From Pavona decussata (taxonomy: Eukaryota), in contig CDRNST010000143.1 of NCBI GenBank assembly GCA_977016875.1, positions 1,426,001 to 1,490,000 on the forward strand: DNA of 64,000 nucleotides. The letters run 5' to 3'. Of the stretch, positions 13,265 through 26,264 are shown piece after piece. The number at the start of each line of letters is the position of its first letter. Position 1 is the stretch's first letter. The notes below the pieces were generated by a model. It was not told the origin of the DNA, did not search any database, and was given only the letters and a program-made list of their open reading frames with translations. A program made the translations under genes and the position numbers.

Positions 13265-14369
13265 CCATGGCAACCAAGATGCGAGACACTGCACATTAAT
13301 CTTGTTCCCAAAGCAATATGGATATTGTGATTTTTACTTTTTACTTTAATGATTCTCGTTTCCTAACTTCTAGAGCGGTTTTCGACGGGAATGTTGAATA
13401 TAATTTATCATCTCCATTGGGTTTTTTCACTTTGTTCCGAGACTGGTTGAAAAATCGATCCACTTTCCCAGCAAAAGGGAAGCCGAACTGAAGCTAAAAC
13501 TAATTAAATGACTTGCTGGCACAAGTTTTATCTCAATCAATGCCATTTTCTTGTGTTTTTTCGGGTTCTGATTGGCTCGTTGGGTTACCTACCTCTGCTG
13601 CGATTGACAAGAGTGATTACTTTTTAATTGGTTTTGGTTTCATGTCACACACTGAAAACAACTTTAAATTTTAACTCTTACTTTACTCGCTCGTCCGCTT
13701 GAATGTGAGCTCAGTCTCCGAAAGTAAATTCAGATTCCATCGGCTCTTGCACCGGCTTTAGTTAGTGAGGTGACACTTGGTTCAAGGACGAAGGTCCGTG
13801 ATTAAGATCTCGAGCCAAACCGATTGCTACAAACATACGATATTCATTCAGATTAGCAAAGAAGAGGGTCCTGCAATATACTTGTAGACGGAAAACAACA
13901 AGATTACACCAAAACTGTTGTCCCTCATCGATAACTCTTTGAAATGTACACGTCAATTACATGTCATTGCCTCAAATGAAGATGTATTATTTTTCTTCGT
14001 TAAGATTGTGTTATAAAACAATGTTTAACGGTGCAGCGTGCATTATTGACTGAAAGGATGCAATCCACGTGACCGATAAAGACGGTGACTGGTACATTCA
14101 CCCATAACTCTTAGCGTACGAAATCCCTTAAAACGCTCATAAAAACGCACATAAAAGTTCTAAAACTTAAAACCTAGCATATACAAGTTGCTAGTACTGG
14201 GACAAATTTGACAAAAAAGATCTGGCTTACTATGTGCCTATTGGCTGTGTTAGGCTCGCAAGGTATTGTGGTTTATTGTACCGCCGCCATCTTTTTCTGT
14301 GGGATGGATTGGGCTGGCGATTTGCTAAACTCTCAAGAAGCTTGATAAGGTTGCTCGAGTCGCTGCCTA

Positions 14370-14615
14370 CCAGGGCCGGGTTGTTGGAAAGCCTATTAAC
14401 GCTAATCTAGGATTAAAAGTTAATCGAGGTTTTCATCTCGCTCTTTAAAAGTGGTCTTAAAGCCTAATTTCAAGGTAAAGGTAAAGAAAAGTCTAAGTCA
14501 ACAGTGAGTGACAAAAATCTTTTGGAAGAATTTTCACCGATAAGTAATTAAACTTGAATCAAAGTTCACCTTAATCCGGGATTACCTTAATCGGGCTTTG
14601 AACAACTGGGCCCAG
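14370..14615. mobile_element. MITE flanked by TA (Tc1/mariner-type signature)
   Basis: Imperfect TIRs ccagggccgggttgtt / aacaactgggcccag with TA on both sides. Confidence 0.6.
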
Positions 14616-14688
14616 TACTATACAGAGGTTTAAAGAGACTTCGACGGGAACTGGAAACCGCGAAAGAAAACCCTTTGGCACCTACGGT

Positions 14689-14905
14689 TAACCTCGTCCC
14701 CAGAGCCCGCGCGCGTTTTAAGGCCAGCGAAGGCATCACGTCTTGCGTTAGCTAGGTTATGTCTGGGGTCTGTCTGGGGACATATACTGCAACAAATAGC
14801 TATTGCAAGCATACAATGTCTCACAGCCCCATCTAAAACGAGATGATCACCCACGAACAGCTACAGGTGCTGATCAAAAGGAACGCAGCCTCTGGGAGCG
14901 AGATA
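14689..14905. mobile_element. MITE of the (C/T)AAYCTCGTCCCCAGAG family
   Basis: Termini shared with the element at 31577-31847. Confidence 0.6.
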
Positions 14906-15449
14906 GGCGATGCAGCGTGCAACCACTCAGTACCAGCACTTGCTCAGTACTGCACGCTGAGCCGTTAAACATTTATTTAGTACACAAGATCAAACTGTTT
15001 CGATTCTTGGCTAGGTTTCCGCTTGCGTCATTAGTCAAAATGTGACAAAACACAAGCACAAAAGGAGTGGTTTCGGTATTAATCAGTTTTGGGACATTTT
15101 ATAAAAAAAAAATGCACACAAACGTTCAGCAATTAATCTGACGATCGAAAGTTATTGTGTTTCCTTCGCTCATCATGAAGTTTGAGTGCTTTGATTTCTT
15201 CTTCGAATTTTGCTGGCTGCTGTGAAAATTGTTCATTCCACGAAGCCGGAAAATCGTATTCTTCTAAATTTCAGTCAGCGAGCTCAGAAAATATATATTT
15301 CGGTTTTTCATCAGCCCCCCTTACTGCATTTATAACTATCAGCGCAAAAAAACATGGTCAAATATATCTTAATCAATATTTCGTTTTGATTTCGTGGTTG
15401 TGTTCGTTTTCACTTGCTAAAAATCTCTAATCTTGCGCTTGAGTTCTCA

Positions 15450-16328
15450 GGTCTGGTTCACACTAGCAACAGAAGCGACAGGAGCAAGAGCTTACATTGC
15501 TGTTTGACAGCATAATAATGTCCCTTTTCACCTATGCGATTGAGGTGTGGGCTTGTGCTCACTATAGTAAATATATCTCCCCAATTGATAGGTTTTGTAA
15601 GCGGACTCTACGTTATGGCCACACCAGCAAATATCAGTACACCTATAACTGATGTAATTACTATCAAAGATAGGCTACTCCCCTCAGGATAAGGTAACTG
15701 CTGATAATACTCATCCCCTTCATGAACTGCTTCCACCCCAGAGATCAAGAAGTTTAAGGAAAAGGGGACACCCTTACATCCTGCCACGTGTCAGAACTGA
15801 ACGTCATAAACGCTGTTTTGTGACTAGATGCCTTTTCAATTTTATCTAACTGTCTTTGCACATTTGTCAATATAGTTTGTGATTAGTTCTTTTTTATAGT
15901 AGTTAGTTACATGAAATTGTAAGTCCAGATGTATGACTCTGGGAATTCATAATACATAAAAGCGGAATCGGAATAGGAGTCGGAATCAGAAGAATCTTCT
16001 GACCAAGTGTGAATCAATACGACGGAAGCAGCAACGGAAGCCTCGCTTTCGTTCAAAATGGCGGAAGGCCGCCATGTTTTCCGTTCTTAATCTCGAGTAA
16101 AGGGATTGGGAATGAGCTACGCGATTGGTTTATTCTTATGCTTGTGCTTCCGATTCCGAACAAATGGTTCACACTTGATCGCAAGTGACGGAATGAAAAG
16201 GGGGATTGGAAGAAACTTTCTAATCCTTGCGATTCCGATTCCGTCGAACTTACGATTGCGATTCTGTCTCCATTTATTGATGCGCTATGGAACCGATTCC
16301 GATTCCGTCGCCAGTGTGTAACAGCCCT
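15450..16328. mobile_element. Harbinger-like MITE containing a LINE 3' fragment
   Basis: Ends ggtctggttcacactagc / gccagtgtgtaacagccc with internal ggaatc/gattcc repeats; interrupted at about 15491-15960. Confidence 0.55.
15491..15960 (+). mobile_element. 5'-truncated LINE 3' end (CR1/L2/Rex1-like), degenerate
   Basis: Translates LLFDSIIMSLFTYAIEVWACA...HPLHELLPPQRSRSLRKRGHPYILPRVRTERHKRCFVTRCLFNFI*, typical of an RT C-terminus, followed by a 3'UTR and A-rich end. Confidence 0.7.
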
Positions 16329-16523
16329 TACGGCTTACCTTGCGTTGCTGATGAACCCTTCAGCCTCGCAATATCAATATACAAATTCACTGTGCACCAT
16401 AGATTTCTTATAATATTACGTGGAAGAATTTGTTTAGATGTTTATCTTTAGTGATCATTTTCTACATTCTCATAAACTGTACGTTTGATCGACTAATAAT
16501 GTTGTGAGGAGAAACTAGATGTT

Positions 16524-17264
16524 TGCGGTGTTTTCACGAGCGATTTTTCAAGTAGCTGAGTGAATGACGGCCGGAAATCTCATGAAAACAGTTGGTTGTC
16601 CAACTCGCTTAAAGTTAAGCGAGTCGGCAAACTTCAATGGAATTGCCATTAAATTTAAGCCACCGAACCAGGTCGCTTAAACTTGTCGGCAATGAATTTC
16701 GGCCAATTACGTGTCGCCCGCGGTCAAACAACTGATAAACATGATAAAGGTGATGTCAATGATGATGTCCAACATGATCACAAATGTATCGAAAGGTTTG
16801 TCTTGAAACTCTAAAATGTTCACGCCAAAGGTTGTCTTCATATTGGTTCAGAACCATATGTTCGAACCAAAACAGCGGCCTCTCTAAAACCCAAACAGAT
16901 TTCCTTCTTCGATCGACGTCTAAATCTTCTAACATCCTCTGAGAGAAACAGGCTTCGATTCTTCTTCTCCGACTTCGAATAGCAAGCAACCTGAGCCTTT
17001 GCGGAAACCTTCTCCTCCTCCTTCGATCCAGGAACAAGCGAGATAGCACAGCAATAAACAGGAGAATAACATATTTGCAAGCGTCTTCGTTTCCCGCCAT
17101 CTTTCACAATGTTATTGCATGAATGACAAGGGTCAAATGTCCTGAGAAACGATTAAACCTCTCTTTTGAAAACACGTAAATTAATTAAGCTGCTTAATGC
17201 GGTCGGTTAACAAATCACCTCAAGGAATGGTAAGCGAGACAAACCACCTCATGAAAACACGGCC
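16524..17264 (-). mobile_element. Harbinger derivative with a truncated HARBI1-like transposase N-terminus (ORF 16756-17100)
   Basis: TIRs gtgttttcacgag / ctcatgaaaacac; ORF contains RRRKSVWVLER...WREHFRVSRQTFRYICDHV, characteristic of the N-terminal part of Harbinger nucleases. Confidence 0.75.
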
Positions 17265-17755
17265 TGTTGGTCACTTGTATTGAAACTTAAAGGATTCCTC
17301 AATTATTTACAGGAGGCATTTAGCCTAATAGTTGTTGTTTGCGGTACGTGTACGGCCAAAACTAGAACTGGATGAAATTTCCTGTAATTTGATTGGTTCA
17401 CACAAAATCAGAACATTGCGCTGACCGCGAAAGGACTAAGTTCGATGGGAATTGAGAGCGAAAACATCGAAAGCTTTCGTCATCATCTCGATCGAGTCTT
17501 GTGAAATAAAGACAGCAAGCTCGAGCGGTTGACTAATGATACCTTTTTTTAATGTCTCTGTTATTTTCTCCACTTACGTACGACTACCACGTACTTCTAC
17601 GTATTTAAAATGCTTATAAAAATATTCCACTTTAACAAACTTGGAACAAAAAATGATAGTTTCTCTAACTAGGCGAACGTATGCAGTGCTTCGTACAAAA
17701 AATCTTTAAAAATCAGTTAAAGTGGTGTCAGGAGTTTCCCATTTTCATGTTTGTT

Positions 17756-20700
17756 TTAGAAAGAGATTTCTTCGTGAAAACTTCTTCCTCGAAATCTCCT
17801 GTAATAAACGTTACTGTAAAGTCCTCCTGGGGTTCCTGTGGCTAAAAGCACCCCATATAATGTCCCGTCTGGGCGCAGAGCTATGGCCAGTCCTACCAGA
17901 CGGCTAGATTTTAGTTCCTTGAGAGATGCCCTGGTAGACCTGTTGAGGTGAAACACCTTTCGAGCCGCTGTCAGGGACCATACACCAAAAGGTTCAAAAC
18001 ACACCTGTGAATCGAGATGTAGAAAAGCGCAAAGTTAGCGTGCTTGTCAATTGACTGGTTAGCTAGCTGACTGACTGACAGGCCGACCGACTGACCGACT
18101 GACTGACTGACTGACTGACTGACCGACCGACTGACTGGCTGGCTAGCTGACTCTATCAATAAAAAAATTAAAAAAATGCTTTGTGTAAAGTGAAAATGCA
18201 CTTAGCTACCCAAAGCTAGTTTACAGGCATTCCACTCAGAACTAGCGGGAAACAAATAATAATCAAATCGAACATAACATGTTAAAAATCCCAAGTGTCA
18301 AGTGTGGTTTTCGCGGAATTGGCTATGCCCGAAACGTCTTCTTTTTCTTGACTGACTGACCGACCGACCGACCAACCCATTGACTGTCTGACTGACCGAC
18401 GGACTACTAACTGACCAACCGACTGACTGACCGACAGACCTACTGACCGACCGACCGACTGACCGACCGACCGACCGACCAACTGACTGACTGACTGGGT
18501 GACACGCCGACCGACCGATCGACCGACTGACCGACTGACTGACCGACCGACCGACCGACCAACTGACTGACTGACTGACTGGGTGACACGCCGACCGGCC
18601 GACCGACCGACCGACCGACCGACTGACTGACCGACCGACCGACCGACCGACCAACTGACTGCCTGACTGACTGACTGCCTGACTAACTGACTGACTGACT
18701 GACCAACCGACCGACCGACCGACCGACTGGCTGGCTGGCTGACTTTATCAATGGAAGTCAAGTGTGGTTTTTGTTGAATTGGCTATGCTCGAAACGTCTT
18801 CAAAGTTTTGACACTCTTCCATCATTTATCCAACTTTCATAGCTTTTATATGGGTACAACGCATCTGACGAATATTTTCGTTTGCTGGTTGACTGACCAA
18901 CCGACCGATAGAGCAAAGATCTTCAACGTACCTTAGTTATGGCTGATTCCTTTTCCAGAACTTTGGGAAAAACCTCTACAGCAAAAAATCCACTTCTCAA
19001 CATTTTTTTAGCGGAAGGATATAATTGATACACCGAGCTCGGGACAAGATCTCTGTATTTACCGCTGGCCGAGTATTTAACAGTGGCATTACATTCTTGG
19101 CTGAGAAATGATGTTGCAGGCGCAGGTGATTGGTCCGCAAGAACAGGCGGGGAGCTGTCTGCCAAAAGGAAAATACACTAGGCATCAGTGATTGAAAGAG
19201 TGGAAGAGCCGGAAGTAAAAATAATCGTTTCCAGGTGCATTTGACAATAAAATACGTCCCCGGAAGTTTCAGCACCAACTTTTGTTTAAATTGAAACTGT
19301 CACTAATTTTGTTTTTGTTCTTTGTTTCTTCGACAAGGAAAATCAAATAAATTATACCATTCTTTTGATTTTTTTTTTATTTTTATTATTGTAGAATAAT
19401 ACATCACTGGACCTGAAAAACCAAATTTACTCTTGTTTGTAAATATCGGGCCTACAAGCCGAGAGTCGTCAGTTCTCGTCGTCACCAGAGCTTCCTCCTG
19501 TCCCTCTTAGCAGACGGGGATCTTCGCACGAGTACCTCGTGCAAAGGCACCCGCCGGGCAAGAAGGACAGGAGACTTTGGCAAAAAAATAGTCGAGAGTT
19601 TAAAAAAATGGTTTTGAATAAGCCTGGGTTGGATAAGGGGGATAGTTTCTACAGAAACTGTGGTTTTGCGCCGAAAGGAATATATTAATAACACAGTCGC
19701 AATTCGGCGTTAGCCAATTGCGTCTAATTTTGTTTTATTTGCGCATGTTTGGTTTATCATCTGAGTTGATGAAGTTATTTTTTTCACCATAAAGAGATTC
19801 GAGAGCCGACGTTTCGAGCGTTTAGCCTTCATCAGAGAGAATCACTCTGCCTAAGGGCCAGCACTCGAATCTCTTTACAGTGGAGAAATTACCACATCAA
19901 CTCAGTTGATAAACCAAATACTTATTTTCGGAAGGGTGTTTGTCTCGGAGGGAGACTTGATGATTAAAGCTTACATGCACGGACACAGGCGGCTGCCGGA
20001 CAGTCCCTCGCCTCCATGGAGACACCCACACAGTGAGCGGACTCGTCCAGAGAGAGACACACTCTACGACGATGTTGCTGTCCTTCCTGACAATACTTTC
20101 TTCTGCTACATTCACTCCATGGACCCCACAAGCCCCACACGGCTAATGGAAGGAACTCTGACATTTCTAATGGGTAAAGAAAATAACGTTCTCTAGTTAG
20201 GAATGGGGAAATTAAGCAACAACGGCGACGGCAAATAAATTATTGGATTTTAGAGTAGCTTATGCAGCCTTGATATCTCCGAGAATTTACCCAGCCAACA
20301 TGAGAATATACACACAAAGACCAGACCACAACACCGGGAACAATCGCTCTGCACGTGCGTTTTAAATTTTGGTACATTTCTCTGTCGTCCTCCACAAAAC
20401 AACAATGTGAAATGACCAAACTCAAGGTTTTATGGATCTAATTGGAATTTAGGCTCGATAACCAGTCGTTGTTGGGGAAAATACGAGTTCCCTAAAAGCG
20501 AGACCCTTGAGAGCGGTGGAAATCGAGCCTAATTGGAATTTGGAAATTTTGCTTTTTAAGGAGAGGGGAAAACCGGAAAACCACCAGGAGAAAAACCTCT
20601 CGGAGCAAGGACAAGAACCAACAACAAACTCAACCCACATATGATGTCGAGTCCGGGAATCAAACTCGGCCCACACTAGTGGCGGGAGACGAGTGCTCTC

Positions 20701-20965
20701 ACCACTGACTGCTATCCTTGCTCCCCAAAGACGGAATTAAAGTGCCCTGTTACTCACCACTGCTTCCTTCTGTTTTCCTCTCTGTCGTTTTTGTTGTCTC
20801 TGCTCCCCAGTCAAACGGCTCCATATCAAATGGTTGGTCTAGTCGACTACTGAACCATGTGTTTGTGAAAGAAGGCTGGTATTCCATGCGAAGAGCGAAA
20901 AGTACAAACCCAAGAAGGACGCAAATGATTGAAAGTAGTTTGATAAGAGGGACAACACAGTTTTC
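17756..20965 (-). CDS. Uncharacterised TM + thrombospondin type-1 repeat protein (start exon uncertain)
   Basis: Phase-consistent exons 20965-20758 (hydrophobic LLSIICVLLGFVLFAL), 20166-19975 (WGLWGPWSECS...C...RRRVC...C...RDC...C, a TSP1 repeat), 19158-18932 and 18004-17756 (stop). Candidate start is ATG|GTAAG at 22228-22226. Confidence 0.7.
18053..18745. repeat. (GACC/GACT)n compound tetranucleotide arrays in an intron
   Basis: Arrays at about 18053-18152 and 18349-18743; these explain the spurious SVGR-repeat ORFs. Confidence 0.9.
19803..19840 (-). ncRNA. Minimal type-I hammerhead-like motif in a Penelope-LTR-type repeat remnant
   Basis: Minus strand reads CTGATGA-aggctaaacgctc-GAAACGTC; stems are degenerate. 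Confidence 0.45.
20520..20726 (-). mobile_element. tRNA-derived SINE-like element (same family as 35110-35881)
   Basis: Minus-strand head gcagtggtgagagcactcg...gagtttgattcccgg; body ggagaaaaacctctcggagcaagg is shared with the other copy. Confidence 0.65.
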
Positions 20966-22749
20966 CTGAAACGAAACGTAATTCACTTGATCATCTAATG
21001 GAGTGGTTTTCAATTGAGTGTGGAAAGTAATTACAAGTTTGCTCTGGTTTTGCATTACCACGCTTTGTGATTGGTATACAAAATTCCCGCCACTTTCATT
21101 GTGTTGCATGCGTCTTTTGTGATTGGCTAGAGTAATTACAGTGGTTTTGGTTTTACGACACTAAATTGAAACCCGCCCTAAGCTGCGTACTGATTAGCTT
21201 GCTGGTCATGTGAGTAACCGCTGACGTCCGATCTTGATATTAAATACAATGAAATGCGGACGTTTCTCCGTTCATGATAATCCAGAAAATTATCGATCGA
21301 TCGTCATCACCTCATGAAATTCCACAGACAGCCAAACTCGTCAGTTCACAATTTCATTTCGTCCAACGAATACAATGGTCATATTCGTTTGACTTCGACT
21401 GGTTTTTCTAACCTCAGTTGAAAGAAAGTCTTTAAACAGGAAATTCCGGTAGGCCTGACCATTCTCACCTTCAGTTGTCAATCAACCATAGAGCGTAAAC
21501 AACTGACAAACAACATGCGTATTATTTTTTACGACCCTTACTGATAAAATTGGCTTAGTTTTTGGAATAAACCCTGCCTAATAAGAAACCGAGGTCTTGT
21601 ATTGCTGTGGTGATATTCCTAAATTAGAGGCATATTTTTTCAACAACCTTCCACGACTGAACGGCGTCTAAATTTGCATAACACGAACACAAAACGTAAC
21701 ACAAAGGTGTGAAATGAAGAAGGGATTTGCCCTTTTATAGCGGAACTTCTTGTTTTAAACAAAAGTCTTTGCGATCCCTCGAAAAGTGGAAAGGTAAGAT
21801 AATAAACAATAAAGAAACGCACAAAAAAGGCGGAAAGTTTCTGTCTACTAACCCCAGTTCTCTTTTCAACAGCTGTTTCTTGAGCGACGTAAAATGCAAT
21901 AATTTCATCTGCTGGTCTGCTCCATTTCGCTTTTGACTCCATAATCCTGTCGGCCAATCCAAGTCCTTTCCAGCAGCTCAAGTTCTTTATGTTTTACTGA
22001 GCGTCTTCAGACAGCTTAGTTTTGTCATCCTAAACCAAACGTCAAACAATCAGGGGAGCTGCTCACACTAAACAAAACGGGACAGGATAGGGCTAATTTC
22101 TTTTTTAATCCACTTCAAGATCGCCTACATAGCCTTTTTCCATCCACACACTGTATTTCTAAAGCAATTTACTTTTTCAGGTCAATTATTTTTTTAATTA
22201 AACGCAAGATTAAGTCCTGCCTTACCATTTCTCTTACGTTTTTGATGAGGTGAATTTGTGCCTAACATTTTTCAAATTTCAATCCTACTCTGTCTCTGAC
22301 AAGAGGCACTAATCGACAGTTATCGCACTGGGGTGATAATCTATAACAAAACTGGTATCTGTTGACAAACAAACAATTTTGGGTTTTAAAATGACATCAA
22401 ATTCGCGTGATTATTCCCTTCAAGGGTAATGTCTTCTCTGAACTTTAGAACTGAGAAATATCTAGCTATGCGAAATGGCAACCATATATGAATAGCTGAT
22501 TAGAAACTTAATTTTGGCTGTATCATATCTGTGTATACGATGTGTAACAGCCTAGTAATTGACAGCCTCAATAGGGCTTGTTAACAACACTAGTGTGCTT
22601 TTGAACTCACCCTAAGTGGGAAAAAAAAACTTTCGTAGTATTGCGAAAAAATTTTCTTTTTTTTTCTTATGGACAAAAATGTCCTTTGATCATGAAGTTC
22701 AAAATAAGGACAGCTAGCATGATCAGAAAGCCAAAAGCGACTCGAAAAT

Positions 22750-23120
22750 TCCTGCTTTTCTGCAATAAAAACTGTGCTTTGTTATCAGTATGTTGAATAC
22801 AGAACAATTATCCCGCTCAATCTTATGAAGCATCGTCTGATTTTTGCCAACTCGGCCTAGTCTTACGGCCTTGTCGACTAAATGTCTGGTGTTAGTATTC
22901 AACACATTGTCACACTACCCAAATGTGGGTACACAACAGATATCCTACGATATACGTAATTTCGTGTGTCGGGGAGAAAAATGGCAAAATAAAGATCGTC
23001 TCCAGCTTTTCTGCAACAAAACTGTGCTTTGTCATCAATGTGTTGAATAAAAAAAAACAATTCTGCTCAATCTTGTGGAATATCCCCTGATTTAAGTCAA
23101 CTCGGGCTAAGGACAAGTCG
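22750..23120. repeat. Degenerate direct repeat pair (about 22755-22870 and 23005-23120)
   Basis: gcttttctgcaa...actgtgctttgt...tgttgaata...gctcaatctt...caactcgg occurs twice. Confidence 0.65.
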
Positions 23121-23121
23121 G

Positions 23122-23920
23122 CTAAGGGCTTCTTTACACGACCCCGGGTTGAACCCGTGACCGCAGCGGGTAACCCTTCTTCAGTCAATCTTTTGTAAAC
23201 GTTTACATGAAAAACGTTTCCAACCCGGGTCAACTCTTTTTTCTTGATAACCGTTTTCAAGAGCCGGGTTGACCCGGCTAGAAGGGTTGAAATTTTTGGT
23301 ATTTTTTTATTATTGTTATTATTATTTTTTTAACCTAAACACTGATCGGGCTCATGCGAATGACGCGATTTGCGTCTGTTGCAATATCTGGCACATGTGT
23401 ACATTTTGAGAGAAGGAAGATGGCGTCCTCAACAGGGAAATCGAGCACAAAAACAACAAAACCGTGGTCCCATAAGATGACCGTACAGTTAATTTTTAAA
23501 CTACGAGAATACAAAAACCAACTGGAGTTTTAAAAAAAGCGTCGATTTTAACGCGGATGGTCTCGTATTGTATTTGCAATAACATGTACGTGAGAAAATG
23601 GCTGATACATAATCATTATCAGCAAAACCCCACGTAGCTGTGCACAAGCAGACAACACTGACAAAATGGCTGAAAGCATCACGGCCAATTGATTATTTCC
23701 TGCCGCCATTTTCCTCATGGATAAACATCTGTCCGAGGAAAGACTTGAACCGAGCGATCCAACCTGGGGCAGCGGCCTGGATTGACCCTCGGTTGTTCAT
23801 AGAATGGATACTCCAAAGCAAGGCTGTAAACGTTATGATTCTTACACAGCGCAATCGTATTTCAAACAGTAAAGAAAGTTTAAAAAATCAAATTAGTGTA
23901 CGCCTCCAACCCGGGTCATC
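23122..23920 (+). mobile_element. Harbinger-derived remnant with a degenerate Myb/SANT-like ORF start
   Basis: Starts taagggcttctttacacg with aacccggg repeats; at about 23420-23605 it translates (with frameshift and stop) MASSTGK...PWSHKMTVQLIFKLREYKNQLEF..SVDFNAD...VREKMA. Confidence 0.55.
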
Positions 23921-24874
23921 TGCTTCATATCTCCTATCCACATTCACGCTAGCTGACGAAAATGGGAATTTTTAACTTATTTCAGAGAGTTAGCCATGAG
24001 AACAAGCTACAGCTAACCCTTTTCAAGACAGTGCTTAGGCCTAAATAATGTAGAACAATGCTGAACCCCAAAAAATTTCATGCTCCCTGCCTAAATGGAG
24101 CTCTGCTCTCTCAGTTCTCTTCCTCACAAATGCGGTTCTCTTTCACGTCAGGACTATCGCGATTAACTGAATATACTAAATTGTGTAAACATCATAAGGT
24201 GTCCAGCCTTCTTCTGGAGTATCCATTCTAGGAACCCTCTCCGTGTACTTGGTAACCCGGACTTGTGCAAACGTAAATCTGGGTCGTGAGGTGACCTGGG
24301 CTGGAAATGATCCCGGGGTCGTGTCAAGAGGCCCTGAGTATCAGGCGATATTGTGCGCGATTTCGCAGGATATTTAAATTGTTAAAATATTCCGCGCGAT
24401 TGCGCAGGATAAATATCCCGTGTAGTTAGTATACCGTTATTATAATTAAATTAGGGGAACTAAAACGATAACATAATTGTGTTAATTTAGTTTAGTCTTT
24501 TTCAAAACAGGTGGAAAGATAAACAATTGACAGTTTAGAAAGAACCCAAAATAACGTTGATAGAAAAACTCTATGTCGTCCGAGTTTTTACGTCGTCGCA
24601 CTGACTAACGCCAAATTTTTCATGTCACGGTGGATTTCATTTGGGTTGAATAAAAATCAAGTTTGACCTAAGAATTTACACCCTGTTCTCCTTTGGTACC
24701 GTTCCTTTCTCTAGTTAAAGTGTATATATTCATGGTTGTGTGGTTACTGGCCCGGTTTAATTTGATTATTGCCACTTTTTTCAGAATTTAATTTCGACGT
24801 ATTCGATTAGGGCTATTTAACAAGTTTAAACGATGTTATGGTGTACGCGTTCGTGATCTTTTTTTTTAAATCGC

Positions 24875-25400
24875 TGCATCTTGACGATAAAGCAATATTC
24901 ACTTGATCAGTAACAATTGTTCATTTAATATGCAAGAGTAATCATAACTTCGATAACAACTTGGTTTTGAATTTGTGGGTTATTAATATCGAAATAATGT
25001 TCAATAAAGCACACAATTGTGTAATTTTCTCCGAACCTGCTGCAACAGTTTTGTAAAGCTGCGCGTTATACCAAAACTCAAACGTCTTTCCAACAGATAC
25101 TTGACAAAATCTTGCTCAGTTAGCGCTCGTGACCTCTTACTTAGATCAAACGGCAATCTTGACGATATAAGCAATAGTCCTTTGATCAGTAGCAATAGCT
25201 GAATATAATATGCACGAGCAATCCCTTTTTTTTTAGATTGTCGGTAATTTAATTCAACGAGTTAATTTCCTAAAAATAAATCTTGAAACATTTTCAGATA
25301 CAGCACACAATTGCGTAATTTTCCCCGAAACTTCTTGAACAGTGTTGTAAAGCTGTGCAGTGATACGAAAACTTTACCATCTTTCCATCAGAGACTTCAG
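24875..25400. repeat. Degenerate tandem duplication with a period of about 280-295 bp
   Basis: atcttgacgata...ttgatcagta and agcacacaattg...tgtaaagctg...tctttcca blocks each occur twice. Confidence 0.65.
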
Positions 25401-26264
25401 AGACTTCAGTTGATTAAATTAAATTTTATAGATAGACCCACAAGCTTTTATCTTACGTAGGTGATGAATCGCAAGACTTCTCCCTTGAATACTATACCAG
25501 AACCGTACCTTGCACGTATCCCGAGTAAAAACAACAGCTAATGCACCAAACTAAATCAGTAAAACTTTCCCAGTAATGTTCCAGAGTTGAGAAATTCAGT
25601 TTCGCTCCTTCCGTTTCACAGGGCACTCGCTTTTTGTCCCAAAATAAACGCTGACATGCAACCCGCTTTGAAGTCATCTGCTCTCACACCATGTGGCCTG
25701 AATTATTCACTCTATTGTTTATTTTCTGGTAGTAGTCAGTGCAACCCGTCAAAAGCAGGCCACCGAGTAAACACGTGACATGTTTAACCACTTGTTCACT
25801 CAACGTCGCGGAAGACTGGTTACAGGTAACGACGAAATCACACAGCCTCGTCCCCAGGGCACTATCCTCTTCGATTTTGGAGAGAGTCCTGGGCTGATTC
25901 GTCTCCCGAAAGTCTTGATGACTTATTTACCGTGTGCAAAAACTATTTTGCGTGCACTGTTCCAAAATAAGCATTCATTCTTTTTTTGATTTTTAACTTT
26001 TTTATGTAACACATTAATAACGCGGTCTACTTGCAACACATGCTTACTCTACGTTATGTTAATTATTCCTCACTCCAGAGCCGTTGACAACTACTTATGG
26101 CATACACTCCTTTAAATACTGTTATGGACTGACTCCCTCCCAGACAACATTACAAATCTGGCTAATTTTAAACCGCAACTACGGCAACTAAACTTAAACG
26201 AGTGGTTGGATGTCGATTTTCATATAGGAATTTTGAAATATTTAAAAAAAAGTTAAAAAAATTT

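Noticed and set aside
18282-18761. 159-aa and 118-aa SVGR/SVSQ-repeat ORFs
   Set aside because: They are translations of a tetranucleotide microsatellite inside an intron
21640-21981. 113-aa ORF upstream of the TSP1 gene
   Set aside because: No domain similarity and no phase-compatible donor linking it to the exon at 20965
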